In this document: in pieces, positions 25,982 to 34,443 of the stretch
Layout: each line of letters opens with the position of its first letter
Numbering within the stretch: position 1 is the first letter of the stretch
Source: an uncultured Bacteroides sp.
Lineage (GTDB): Bacteria > Bacteroidota > Bacteroidia > Bacteroidales > GCA-2748055
DNA: 64,000 nucleotides
Direction: 5' to 3'
Assembly (NCBI GenBank): GCA_964601975.1
Contig: CAZRPW010000002.1
Coordinates: forward strand, 2,152 to 66,151
Translations under genes and position numbers: made by a program
Notes under the pieces: model-generated
Told to the model about the DNA's origin: nothing
What the model saw: the letters and a program-made list of their open reading frames with translations, nothing else
The model's database searches: none

Positions 25982-28962
25982 TTCCCATTCCCCAGGTTAA
26001 ACTGGAAGAGTTGTTCTCCCTCCTGGAACTGAATGGCCCGCCGTTGTTCAACGAACTTGAAATCGAGGTTGATGGTCTTGTTTTCGGTAAACTGGACTTT
26101 GTAAGATCCCCGCTCAAGGCGGAAATTCTCCCCATAAACATTGTAAATACTTACCTCGTAGGAACTGGCTTTGGGAAGGTCCAGCACATAGCTGCCATAT
26201 CCACTGGTAAGAACCGCAAAACTTTCACCGCTTTCGCTAACTGCCGTCACACGTATCCCCGCCATTGAAATGGCCCCCTCTGTGGAATTCGGATCGCGGT
26301 CTATGATGATTCTGCCCTTAATTTTATGACTTTCAACAAGCGGCAAATAGTAAACCATGTCGTCATTGATCTCGATGGTCTGATTAGTCCCATTCAGAAA
26401 GTAGAGATTCTCAAGCTCTGAAAGCGAGAGGATTGAAAGATCATAAACCCCCAAGGGGATATTTTCATAGTTTATCTCACCGGTAGGATCGGTAATCATT
26501 CCGATCTCTGCAAATCCGCTTCTCTTTTCCACATTCTTCTTTGGATCCCTGGAAAGATTTATAAGCACATTGGAGATGGGTTTTTCATTATCCCCTTTAA
26601 TACCATCTCCATTCAGATCATTAAAGCCAATGATGGTGAGATCATAGAATCCCAGCCGGGGTTGTTGAATATCAAAAGCCTTACGCACACCCACAAAAAC
26701 ATTCAAATCACGGGTGGTAATCTTACCGATCTCAGAATCACGACGGGTCACCCTGTAAAGATTCACACTTGTAAAAATGTTCCAGGTTTCTCTAACTCTC
26801 ACATTTCCGGTCAGGTTGAAAATCAGGTTTTCGCGCATGGAGGGCATGTAGTAAGAGTAGTTCGCGTAAGCACTCAGGCGCACGGCCTCCTTTAACAAAT
26901 ATCTTTCATAATAAGGCCTGATATGGAAGGCCTGGTTAATTACCGGGTCATCCGATACAACCACTGTTCTGTATATGTCGGCCGCTTCTCCCGAAGTATA
27001 ATAGGCATTTAGTTTGAAGGCCCTGTCGTAATAATTGATCCCAAGGGTATAAGTCCACTTATTACCGGGACCTGCATTCTCAGCCCCCGGACCCACAATC
27101 TCATAATTATAGAACATCATGTTAAAGGAAGCATTGGGAGTGATGCTGCGCTGATTCCTCATCCTGAAAGAAACCGAGCCCATTAAACCGGGCCGATAAT
27201 TTGAAAACCTCGTCCGGTAGCCATTATAACTACTGTAGGAATTTCTAACGGTACCAAAATATTGTGGCCCCACCTGGTAGATAACCTTACCCATGTTGTA
27301 TGCCATAAGCACACGCGCATTTTCATTTAGATTTTTGTTGGGCTCGTAAATGAAATTTATGGGGTAGCGGGTTGTTGAATAGTTGTTGCGGTAATAACGT
27401 GCATTCAAATAAAGACTTTTTTGAAATCGATAATCTCCCGAAAAATTAATACGATTCATACCGCTGTTTCTCAGGTAAGTATATAGGGTGTTGGTATTAT
27501 CCAGATTCAGGTTCATACGACTTCCGTTATAACGATACTTCAGCTGATATGCGATGCCCACAACCGTAGTATCATCATCCTGGAACATTTCATGTTTAAA
27601 CTGGCTCAGCGAGGTGGCCGTCGCCAGATCGAGACTATGACTCCTGTATGTGTAGCCTCCCCCCAGGTGAATAGTAGAATGGCTATATCGCTGATCAGTG
27701 CTTGTTTCAAGAGTGACCCCTGCATTCAGGTCCACATTGCGAAGCACAGTCTCATAACCCACAAAACCTCCAATATTTTTATTATAGGGGTTTTGTACCA
27801 AACTGATCTCGGCCAGGTTACGGCTGCTAATTTGTTGAGTGGCATGTATCCCTCTTCCTGAAAGGGTATGTAGCGTACCAACCCCGATTCGATCGCCTAG
27901 CAGCACCATAGTGCTGTGATCCGTATATAGTGCCATAAACCTCAACTGATCATAGAGGTTCATATTCCTGTTCATCTCCGGGGCAAAATAGAAGTTGTAA
28001 TAGCCCAGAGAATAGGATAAATTCTGATCTTCGGGAAAAAGCACCTTTCCAAAGACCCTTGCAGAAGACTTTATGCGTTGTTGGGAAAGCAGGTTATAAA
28101 AGGTAAGTTCGGCATTGACTGGTGCATTCTGAATAGGGTGACGATTTACGACTTTGCTTTCCAATACAGTGGTTCGAACCGAACCCCAGGTTGAGTTATC
28201 TGCCGTGGATGCTCTGATATCAAGATTGTGGGCTTTCCATGAGTTTCTAAAGGCCTGCTCTTCTGCATATGAAAGATCCCTCCTGCTTTGAATTCGGAAT
28301 TTCAGGCTGGTATCCTTGTTCGCCGGGACCTCCACATAGAGGAAACTGTCTGCCTCCAACTCATCCCTGAACTGAATCAATCCCCCCATATCAAAGGAAA
28401 GCTTGATGATCTCATTGGAGTTGCCTGTATTACTCAGGTTTACATCCACATCGCTATAGGGTTTATATTCTGAGAAATAAAGCTGGTCGACGCTTAAGCG
28501 CATATCCCATTTCGATATGGGCTTCACAGAGATATAGGCATTGGTATAATTGTATAAGTCCTTCCCAAACAACTCTGCTCCAAGCACAAAAGACACCCCT
28601 CCTACGGTATTCCCCGGCATAGCAATCCTCACCGGAATCAGCCGGGTCTCGCCGGCATCAATGCTAAGGCTATCAAGCTCTTTTCCAACAAAGGCCCAGG
28701 AATCCGGGAAATTAAACCTGATAATACCCGAGAGTCTTTCATTGCTGCGATTTGCTATTTCCAGCACATTGAAAAGACTTCCGGGCTTCTCCAGCTCCAC
28801 TTCTGTTTTAACAAAGCGTAATGTAAACAAGCTATCCGGGGCTTGCTGTTGGGAAAAGAGACTGATGACAGGCAAGAAAAGCAGACATAAAGCACAAAGA
28901 AATTTCGCGCTTGTATTTCCCAAGGCAGTAACCCTTCTAAATATTTTAGGCCCTCCTGTCAT
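25978..28962 (-). CDS. Large outer-membrane protein, usher-like in domain order (function unknown)
   Basis: A signal peptide (FLCALCLLFLPVISLFSQQ) is present. There are two N-terminal Ig-like modules (LEIANRSNERLSGIIRFNFP...IPVRIAMP; VNLSNTGNSNEIIKLSF...VEVPANKDTSLKFRIQ). A ~480-aa Tyr/Asn/Gly-rich region of alternating beta-strands follows. The C-terminus has an SdrD-B/Cna-B-like module (FNDLNGDGIKGDNEKPISNVLINL) and a carboxypeptidase-regulatory-like module (IKGRIIIDRD...IRVTAVSESGESFAVLTSGYGSYVLDLP). I chose the ATG at 28962; the track start at 28992 is a GTG. Confidence 0.55.
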   Translation of the reverse strand: MTGGPKIFRRVTALGNTSAKFLCALCLLFLPVISLFSQQQAPDSLFTLRFVKTEVELEKPGSLFNVLEIANRSNERLSGIIRFNFPDSWAFVGKELDSLSIDAGETRLIPVRIAMPGNTVGGVSFVLGAELFGKDLYNYTNAYISVKPISKWDMRLSVDQLYFSEYKPYSDVDVNLSNTGNSNEIIKLSFDMGGLIQFRDELEADSFLYVEVPANKDTSLKFRIQSRRDLSYAEEQAFRNSWKAHNLDIRASTADNSTWGSVRTTVLESKVVNRHPIQNAPVNAELTFYNLLSQQRIKSSARVFGKVLFPEDQNLSYSLGYYNFYFAPEMNRNMNLYDQLRFMALYTDHSTMVLLGDRIGVGTLHTLSGRGIHATQQISSRNLAEISLVQNPYNKNIGGFVGYETVLRNVDLNAGVTLETSTDQRYSHSTIHLGGGYTYRSHSLDLATATSLSQFKHEMFQDDDTTVVGIAYQLKYRYNGSRMNLNLDNTNTLYTYLRNSGMNRINFSGDYRFQKSLYLNARYYRNNYSTTRYPINFIYEPNKNLNENARVLMAYNMGKVIYQVGPQYFGTVRNSYSSYNGYRTRFSNYRPGLMGSVSFRMRNQRSITPNASFNMMFYNYEIVGPGAENAGPGNKWTYTLGINYYDRAFKLNAYYTSGEAADIYRTVVVSDDPVINQAFHIRPYYERYLLKEAVRLSAYANYSYYMPSMRENLIFNLTGNVRVRETWNIFTSVNLYRVTRRDSEIGKITTRDLNVFVGVRKAFDIQQPRLGFYDLTIIGFNDLNGDGIKGDNEKPISNVLINLSRDPKKNVEKRSGFAEIGMITDPTGEINYENIPLGVYDLSILSLSELENLYFLNGTNQTIEINDDMVYYLPLVESHKIKGRIIIDRDPNSTEGAISMAGIRVTAVSESGESFAVLTSGYGSYVLDLPKASSYEVSIYNVYGENFRLERGSYKVQFTENKTINLDFKFVEQRRAIQFQEGEQLFQFNLGNGN

Positions 28963-28981
28963 CCTATACTTCAAAACAACA

Positions 28982-29596
28982 TTAGAATCCACCTCCTGTG
29001 GGGATAAGTTCCAATTCGATTTCTACCCGATAGTAATCAGGAGCCTCTCCCAAAAGGGAACCATTGCCTCCCTCCGCTACCGGCAATCCACATTCATAGG
29101 AAATAACCAACTGGTTCATGTCCCAGACCAGGTCCTCAAAAGTCCCATCAGAATCTGTATAGGAGCATAGAATCTCAGAACCAGCAGGCAAATCAATAAA
29201 GCCCTCGGAAGTAAAACCCGTGCCAAACCCCATATAGTTCTCAGCTTTTATCCTTATACGATTAAGATCCAGGCTATTTGCATCACCCATAATCTCGGTG
29301 GCACCATTAAAAGCCCGCACCTGTAATTCGAATCCGGTAAGGTTGGTACCTGCCTGGGCCGAGTCCACCATGGTGACCCCCAATATGGTCCCCTGATCAA
29401 CAACCTCTCCCTCTTTGTACTTTTTGATGGAATTGAAATTGAAAGGAATATCCCCGCCATAAATGAGTACCAATCTAGCATAATTGTACTCCTGAGCCGC
29501 AGCTCCTGCCGAGAACATGAATATAGAGAACACGATTAAAAGCCGAAACTTTACCCCCTGGGTCCTGATCATAAACAAGTTGCGTGTTTCCAACAT
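28982..29596 (-). CDS. Secreted pilin-like beta-sandwich protein, paralog B
   Basis: A signal peptide (SIFMFSAGAAAQE) is present. It shares GGDIPFNFNSIKKYKEG, YECG and the C-terminal APDYYRVEIELEL with the upstream gene. An alternative start is the ATG at 29572. Confidence 0.5.
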   Translation of the reverse strand: MLETRNLFMIRTQGVKFRLLIVFSIFMFSAGAAAQEYNYARLVLIYGGDIPFNFNSIKKYKEGEVVDQGTILGVTMVDSAQAGTNLTGFELQVRAFNGATEIMGDANSLDLNRIRIKAENYMGFGTGFTSEGFIDLPAGSEILCSYTDSDGTFEDLVWDMNQLVISYECGLPVAEGGNGSLLGEAPDYYRVEIELELIPTGGGF

Positions 29597-29603
29597 TTAA
29601 AAC

Positions 29604-29636
29604 AGAAATAGTCAACCAGAAAGGCTGACTATTTCT
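29604..29636 (-). terminator. Intercistronic stem-loop between the two pilin-like genes (possible partial terminator or mRNA stabiliser)
   Basis: AGAAATAGTCA-N11-TGACTATTTCT forms a perfect 11-bp stem. On the transcribed strand it is followed by GUUUUAA and then the ATG at 29596. A second 6-bp hairpin, AACCAG-TCTTC-CTGGTT, lies at 29647-29663. Confidence 0.5.
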
Positions 29637-29686
29637 AAAATCCGATAACCAGTCTTCCTGGTTGAATCCTTTGAACTCAAATCAGC

Positions 29687-30370
29687 TTATTTGATTCCCA
29701 GTTCAAATAAAACATTGGTTACATACCTGTCAGGAGCCGGACTTGGGTCCTGGTTCAGGATGCTTTCAGCTTCCATCTCATTAGGATTTCCGGAAGTTTC
29801 ACCAGTTCCACATCTCCATATCATCTGGAATGAATTATCAACTCCATCACCGGCATTGGCAGCAGCAAGACCATTGTCGTCGATCAATGCAACAGGATAG
29901 GCTTCAAGACCAGCAACTGCAGTACCGTTCTCAGTAGGGGCACTCCATAGTTCACCAGTTCCAGCACCCTGAACAATACCTGCTTCAAAAAGATGGGTTC
30001 CTTCTGATGACAGGGTGTAACCTACATTGTTCAATGCAAGCGTTGCTGTAGGATCATCTGTACCGATAAAGGTAGCCTCCTCAGATCCGTAATTAAGTAT
30101 CCAACGTGCCGATGATGCAATATTAAAGTCTGTTATATAAAAATCTCCACTGGCTGCGGGATTGGCAGCACCGGCACCTGATAACCCCAGACGGTAATCA
30201 TCAATTGAGTTAAATACAAACTCTATATTTCCCCCGTTGGTGATAGTCATTCTCAGCACCTGGTTCAGGTTCACTGCTACAGGAATCACCTGCCTGTCTT
30301 TTACTGCCTGGGAAAACCCAACCATTCCAATGGTTAACATTCCAAGGATCACAATTGCTCTTTTCTTCAT
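29687..30370 (-). CDS. Secreted pilin-like beta-sandwich protein, paralog A (candidate major subunit)
   Basis: A signal peptide (IGMVGFSQA) is followed by an alternating-hydrophobic N-terminal strand (VIPVAVNLNQVLRMTI). The composition is Gly/Ala/Thr/Asn-rich. The motifs GGNIEFVFNSIDDYRLG and WRCG are present. The C-terminal strand APDRYVTNVLFELGIK resembles the G.Y...v.v ending of SCPU/Csu/DUF4402-type fimbrial subunits. Confidence 0.5.
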   Translation of the reverse strand: MKKRAIVILGMLTIGMVGFSQAVKDRQVIPVAVNLNQVLRMTITNGGNIEFVFNSIDDYRLGLSGAGAANPAASGDFYITDFNIASSARWILNYGSEEATFIGTDDPTATLALNNVGYTLSSEGTHLFEAGIVQGAGTGELWSAPTENGTAVAGLEAYPVALIDDNGLAAANAGDGVDNSFQMIWRCGTGETSGNPNEMEAESILNQDPSPAPDRYVTNVLFELGIK

Positions 30371-30402
30371 AACTTTCTTTTTTAAATAGATATAGGTTAA
30401 TA

Positions 30403-30410
30403 TATATTTG
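30403..30410 (+). promoter_or_regulatory. Bacteroidota -7 promoter motif (TAnnTTTG) upstream of the chaperone-like gene
   Basis: TATATTTG lies 68 nt upstream of the ATG at 30478, in the divergent intergenic region. Confidence 0.35.
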
Positions 30411-30477
30411 CTTTAAATAAAGCCACAGCTAATTTTGATTAAAATTAATCCTTCTTGATTATACTTATTTGACCAAC

Positions 30478-31296
30478 ATGCAAATTTTATCAACAAAACA
30501 TAAGCTTATCCTGATTAACCTTTTTTTAACAGGGGGAATATGTGGGTTTTCCCAGGACTTTGAGATTGCCCCGGTACTGGTTGCCTTTGATGCAAACCCG
30601 GGTGAAACCCAGACACAAACACTGGCCCTCAGGAACCACGGCAACGAGAAACAAAAGTTTGTATTAAACCTTGCTGATTATACGGTAAATGAAGAAGGTG
30701 CCAAAATATCAAGTGCCGCCGGATCATCGAATCGCTCCCTTACAGACTGGATTGCAATCAACCCCTCCTTCGTTGAATTGAATCCCAATGAGGCTGCCAG
30801 CATCAACCTGAATATAACAGTTCCCCGAACCGGATTTAACACCCGATGGGGCATGATCCAGGTGGAAGTTGCCAAAGAGCAGATAGCATCAGATGCAGAC
30901 AAGCAATTGGCTGCCGGAGTACTCGTAGTACCCAGAATAATTGTCCTTGTAAAACAAAGCCCAAGATCAAATCAGAATTTCGAAGGAAAGGTCAGCGGAC
31001 TGAGGGAGGTGGAAAACCCAAAAAGCGAATTTCGAAGTTTTGAAGCAACCATCACAAACACGGGAGATAAAATTCTGGATGCCCGGGCATTTCTGGCAAT
31101 TGCCAATCTTGAAACTGCCGAAGAAAAGCAATTCAATCCAATGCCAGTAACCATCTATCCGGAACAAAAAAGAAAACTGATGCTTACCTTACCCGAGACC
31201 CTGGGACCCGGTCAGTATGCCCTGGCTTTCCTGCTCGATTACGGGCACCGTTCGGCCATCGAAGGAGCCCAGATTCTATTAAGTGTTGAACAATGA
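30478..31296 (+). CDS. Periplasmic two-domain Ig-fold protein, fimbrial-chaperone-like (function unknown)
   Basis: A signal peptide is present. Domain 1 reads FEIAPVLVAFDANPGETQTQTLALRNHGNEKQKFVLNL...WIAINPSFVELNPNEAASINLNITVP. Domain 2 reads FEATITNTGDKILDARAFL...IYPEQKRKLMLTLPETLGPGQY. The size and two-Ig layout resemble PapD-like or DUF916-like assembly chaperones. Confidence 0.45.
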   Translation: MQILSTKHKLILINLFLTGGICGFSQDFEIAPVLVAFDANPGETQTQTLALRNHGNEKQKFVLNLADYTVNEEGAKISSAAGSSNRSLTDWIAINPSFVELNPNEAASINLNITVPRTGFNTRWGMIQVEVAKEQIASDADKQLAAGVLVVPRIIVLVKQSPRSNQNFEGKVSGLREVENPKSEFRSFEATITNTGDKILDARAFLAIANLETAEEKQFNPMPVTIYPEQKRKLMLTLPETLGPGQYALAFLLDYGHRSAIEGAQILLSVEQ

Positions 31297-32483
31297 TCCG
31301 AATTACGATCCTGTGCATCATCCTGCTCTTTGCCACAAACTTATCCGGACAGGAGACTTTTGTCTCCTTCTGGGATAAGGAGCATCAGCATATCAGGGAG
31401 ACCTTTCAATACAAGCTATCCGGATCTGATACAATCCGGATGGGATCCTACCAGATTTTCTACAGCAGTGACACCCTTTGGCAATCCGGATCCTATGTAA
31501 AAGGGAAGATGAACGGCCTCTGGCTGGACTATTATCCTGACGGAACCCTGAGGCAGGAACTACCCTATCAAAAAGATAAACTGGAAGGCGTACTGAGGTA
31601 TTACTATCCGGATGGATCACTTTACCAGGAGGCCGCCTATAAAAGTGATGTTTTAGAAGGCCAGACCATCCTCTACCATCCAAATGGAAAAGTGAACGAA
31701 AAAGCCAGCTACAAAGATGGAAAGAGAAATGGGAAAGTGGATTGTTACCATGAGAATGGAAAAACAAGGTTCTCAAAGAGCTATCTAAATGGAAGAGAGG
31801 ACGGACCTCAGCTGATCTATTACGAAAATGGCTACATTCGGGAAGAATCCTGGATGAAGGCTGGGAAATATAATGGTGAGTTCAGGGGATATTATAAAGA
31901 TTTTGAAGATGGGACCCTGCAAAAGATCTGTCACTACCGGGACGGGATGCTGGAAGGAGACTTCACCGGCTATTATCCCTCGGGACATATAATGCTTAAG
32001 TGCCAGTATCAGAATAATCAAATCCAGGGTGAGTGGATCAAATATTTCGATCCCCTGCTGCCCGATTCCTCAGCTCAAATCCAGGAAAAGGGATTTTACA
32101 AGAATGGAGAAAAGAGCGGTATCTGGCAAAGTTTCTATCCCAATGGAACTGTTTACACTGAAGGTAAGTATTCAGGAGAGAAATTCCAGGGATCATGGAC
32201 CATCTACTTCCCCAACGGAGCCATTAAACAAAAGGGCAGTTATATGGATGGCAGGGCCACAGGGGAATTTCTTTTTTATTATGAATCCGGTAACCTGAAA
32301 AACAAAGGATCCTACCTGGATGATCAAAAAACAGGCACCTGGATTACCTATTATGAAACGGGGGAAATCATGACCGAAATTCCTTTTGTGAACGGACAGC
32401 GCCATGGCACCGCAAGGGCCTTTAATGAAGAAGGCAAAATTGTAGAAACTTTGAAATATGATAAAGGCAGGGAACTTCGGTAG
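31293..32483 (+). CDS. Secreted MORN-repeat-variant (YwqK-like) repeat protein
   Basis: A signal peptide is present. It is followed by ~14 tandem ~23-aa repeats of the form G.w..YY.nG.l..e..Y..gk..G. The start overlaps the preceding gene by ATGA. Confidence 0.7.
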   Translation: MIRITILCIILLFATNLSGQETFVSFWDKEHQHIRETFQYKLSGSDTIRMGSYQIFYSSDTLWQSGSYVKGKMNGLWLDYYPDGTLRQELPYQKDKLEGVLRYYYPDGSLYQEAAYKSDVLEGQTILYHPNGKVNEKASYKDGKRNGKVDCYHENGKTRFSKSYLNGREDGPQLIYYENGYIREESWMKAGKYNGEFRGYYKDFEDGTLQKICHYRDGMLEGDFTGYYPSGHIMLKCQYQNNQIQGEWIKYFDPLLPDSSAQIQEKGFYKNGEKSGIWQSFYPNGTVYTEGKYSGEKFQGSWTIYFPNGAIKQKGSYMDGRATGEFLFYYESGNLKNKGSYLDDQKTGTWITYYETGEIMTEIPFVNGQRHGTARAFNEEGKIVETLKYDKGRELR

Positions 32484-32868
32484 ATGGTTTATTTTAATAC
32501 CACTGCTGGCAGGCATTTGTGTTTCCTGTGACGAGACTGGCACGGGGAACTATACGTCCATTGAAGGTATATATACATGCCAGGAATCATCACCCCATGC
32601 CGGTGTCAGGCAGTATCCGGTTGAGATTGATAAGGTAAAAGATTCCGAAGACCTTTACATAATTATCAATTTTCACAATAAAGGTGAAAACGAATTTGTC
32701 TATGCTGAGCTGGAGATTGACACCCTCAGGATATCTAATCAGACCCTTGTAGATATCAGAGTGGATGGAAAAGGTATAGTTGCAGAAGAATACAGGTCCA
32801 TCCACCTCAACTACCTCACCGATGATGGCACTACCCTGCTTGATTACTACAGCACTTACAGTCGCTAA
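32458..32868 (+). CDS. Small hypothetical lipoprotein
   Basis: The N-terminus WFILIPLLAGICVSCDE is a lipoprotein-like signal. No family was recognised. It overlaps the preceding gene by 26 nt. Confidence 0.45.
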   Translation: MIKAGNFGRWFILIPLLAGICVSCDETGTGNYTSIEGIYTCQESSPHAGVRQYPVEIDKVKDSEDLYIIINFHNKGENEFVYAELEIDTLRISNQTLVDIRVDGKGIVAEEYRSIHLNYLTDDGTTLLDYYSTYSR

Positions 32869-33365
32869 TTCGGCGCCACAGGCTGAACCGGGTATTGCTC
32901 AAAAATAGCTGCAGCCACCTTTGGGAAATTCTCAGCCCTTTTTGCCGGATCGCCGGATAGTTCACCCACAGCGGAGGCATGCCACACATGCTTCTGGGTG
33001 CGGACATCAAACATATCCAGGGCGATTGCACGTTCCATATAGGAGCGGGTAGGGTAATAGTAGTAAGAACGGTCCATTGCCTGCCTGTGATAAACTGTAA
33101 GCTGAATCGTTACATCGGGATTCACCTCTGAAAACTTAAACCCCCGGTTCTCCATCTCCCGGGCAAAAGCCACCCGGATTCTCTCAAGCTCCATCCCGGT
33201 AATCGTCTTCTTATTACCATCCGTAAAATCCAGAAAGGTGTAGGTTTTATATGATTCAAAAGGTGCTGTATTCTCAAGGTCTGTATAAATCCGAACCGAG
33301 GGTCCGCAAGCGTTAAGAAACGCAAGCGATACCATTGCCAAAAACATGAATATCCTGTTCATCAT
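32865..33365 (-). CDS. DUF4136-like lipoprotein
   Basis: The lipobox is AFLNAC|G. It is followed by SVRIYTDLENTAPFESYKTYTFLDF, typical of the DUF4136 family. Confidence 0.6.
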   Translation of the reverse strand: MMNRIFMFLAMVSLAFLNACGPSVRIYTDLENTAPFESYKTYTFLDFTDGNKKTITGMELERIRVAFAREMENRGFKFSEVNPDVTIQLTVYHRQAMDRSYYYYPTRSYMERAIALDMFDVRTQKHVWHASAVGELSGDPAKRAENFPKVAAAIFEQYPVQPVAPN

Positions 33366-33410
33366 CTCCTCTTTTGGTTATGGAAGAAATGGAGCAAATA
33401 CTATGCCAGC

Positions 33411-34337
33411 TTAGCTTACAGAAAACTTTATCCCGGTGAGCTCCTCTGACAGCTCCCATAGTTTCATGGCTGCGTCCGGAGTTACCCTTTTGGGATCAGG
33501 CTTTTCAGGAGATGGCCAGCCCTTCATGCGAAGCATCCCCGAGGGACCATAAAATGCGCCCTGTTCAACATCGGCTGCAGTGGCAGCATAGAGAGAGGGC
33601 AGGGCGCCCATCTCGCCTGACTGCGCAATGAAGCGGTTGGCCAAATTAAAAAAATCAGCCTTCTTTTTTGATCCTGCCATTAACATTCCTTTGGCCTGCA
33701 GGGAGGTATCCGCATATCCGGGATGTGCTGCTGCAACAGTCACGACAGAACCTGACTCCTTCAGCTTCCCCGCCAGTTCCATTGTAAAAAGCAAGCTCGA
33801 TAGTTTACTCATACCATAGGCTCCCCATTTGCTATAAGCCTGTTCCCAGTTTATATCAAAAAACCTCATCTTTCCGAATCGGTGGGCAAGGCTGCTCACA
33901 TTTACGATCCGGGCTCCCTTTCTGTCTCTCATCCCCTTCCAGAGCAGAGCGGTCAGTGCAAAATGCCCGAGGTAGTTCACCCCAAACTGCATTTCAAAAC
34001 CATCTTCTGTTTTCAGATAGGGAATGGCCATTAGTCCGGCATTGTTGATTAGCAGCTCAGGCCCCTCGTTGCCGGAAAGGTAAAGTTGTGCAAAAGCCTT
34101 TACCGATGAGAGGCTGGAAAGATCCAGCTCCCATAATTCCGGCTCAACTTCCGGATTAAATTCCAGAATTTTCTGCCTGGCCAGCTCACCCTTCTCCAGG
34201 TTTCTGCATGCCATAATCACCCTTGCTCCCTTTTGAGCAAAGGCAAGGCTTGTAAAAAATCCCAAACCGCTGTTTGCGCCTGTAATCACTACTCTTTTCC
34301 CCTGCTGTGTTGGCATATTCTCCCTGGTCCACTTCAT
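33411..34337 (-). CDS. Short-chain dehydrogenase/reductase (SDR)
   Basis: The cofactor-binding motif is VVITGANSGLG and the catalytic motif is YGMSK (YxxxK). I chose the ATG at 34337. The 76-codon upstream extension in the track overlaps the next gene's start and is probably not translated. Confidence 0.85.
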   Translation of the reverse strand: MKWTRENMPTQQGKRVVITGANSGLGFFTSLAFAQKGARVIMACRNLEKGELARQKILEFNPEVEPELWELDLSSLSSVKAFAQLYLSGNEGPELLINNAGLMAIPYLKTEDGFEMQFGVNYLGHFALTALLWKGMRDRKGARIVNVSSLAHRFGKMRFFDINWEQAYSKWGAYGMSKLSSLLFTMELAGKLKESGSVVTVAAAHPGYADTSLQAKGMLMAGSKKKADFFNLANRFIAQSGEMGALPSLYAATAADVEQGAFYGPSGMLRMKGWPSPEKPDPKRVTPDAAMKLWELSEELTGIKFSVS

Positions 34338-34443
34338 ATTTGTATAATTTAAATTCAAAAAAACAGATGATCCGATGGGGTAAACACGGTCCACATGCAT
34401 CTTCAATGTAAAGAGTCTGAAATTAGTACAAATCTTACACATC

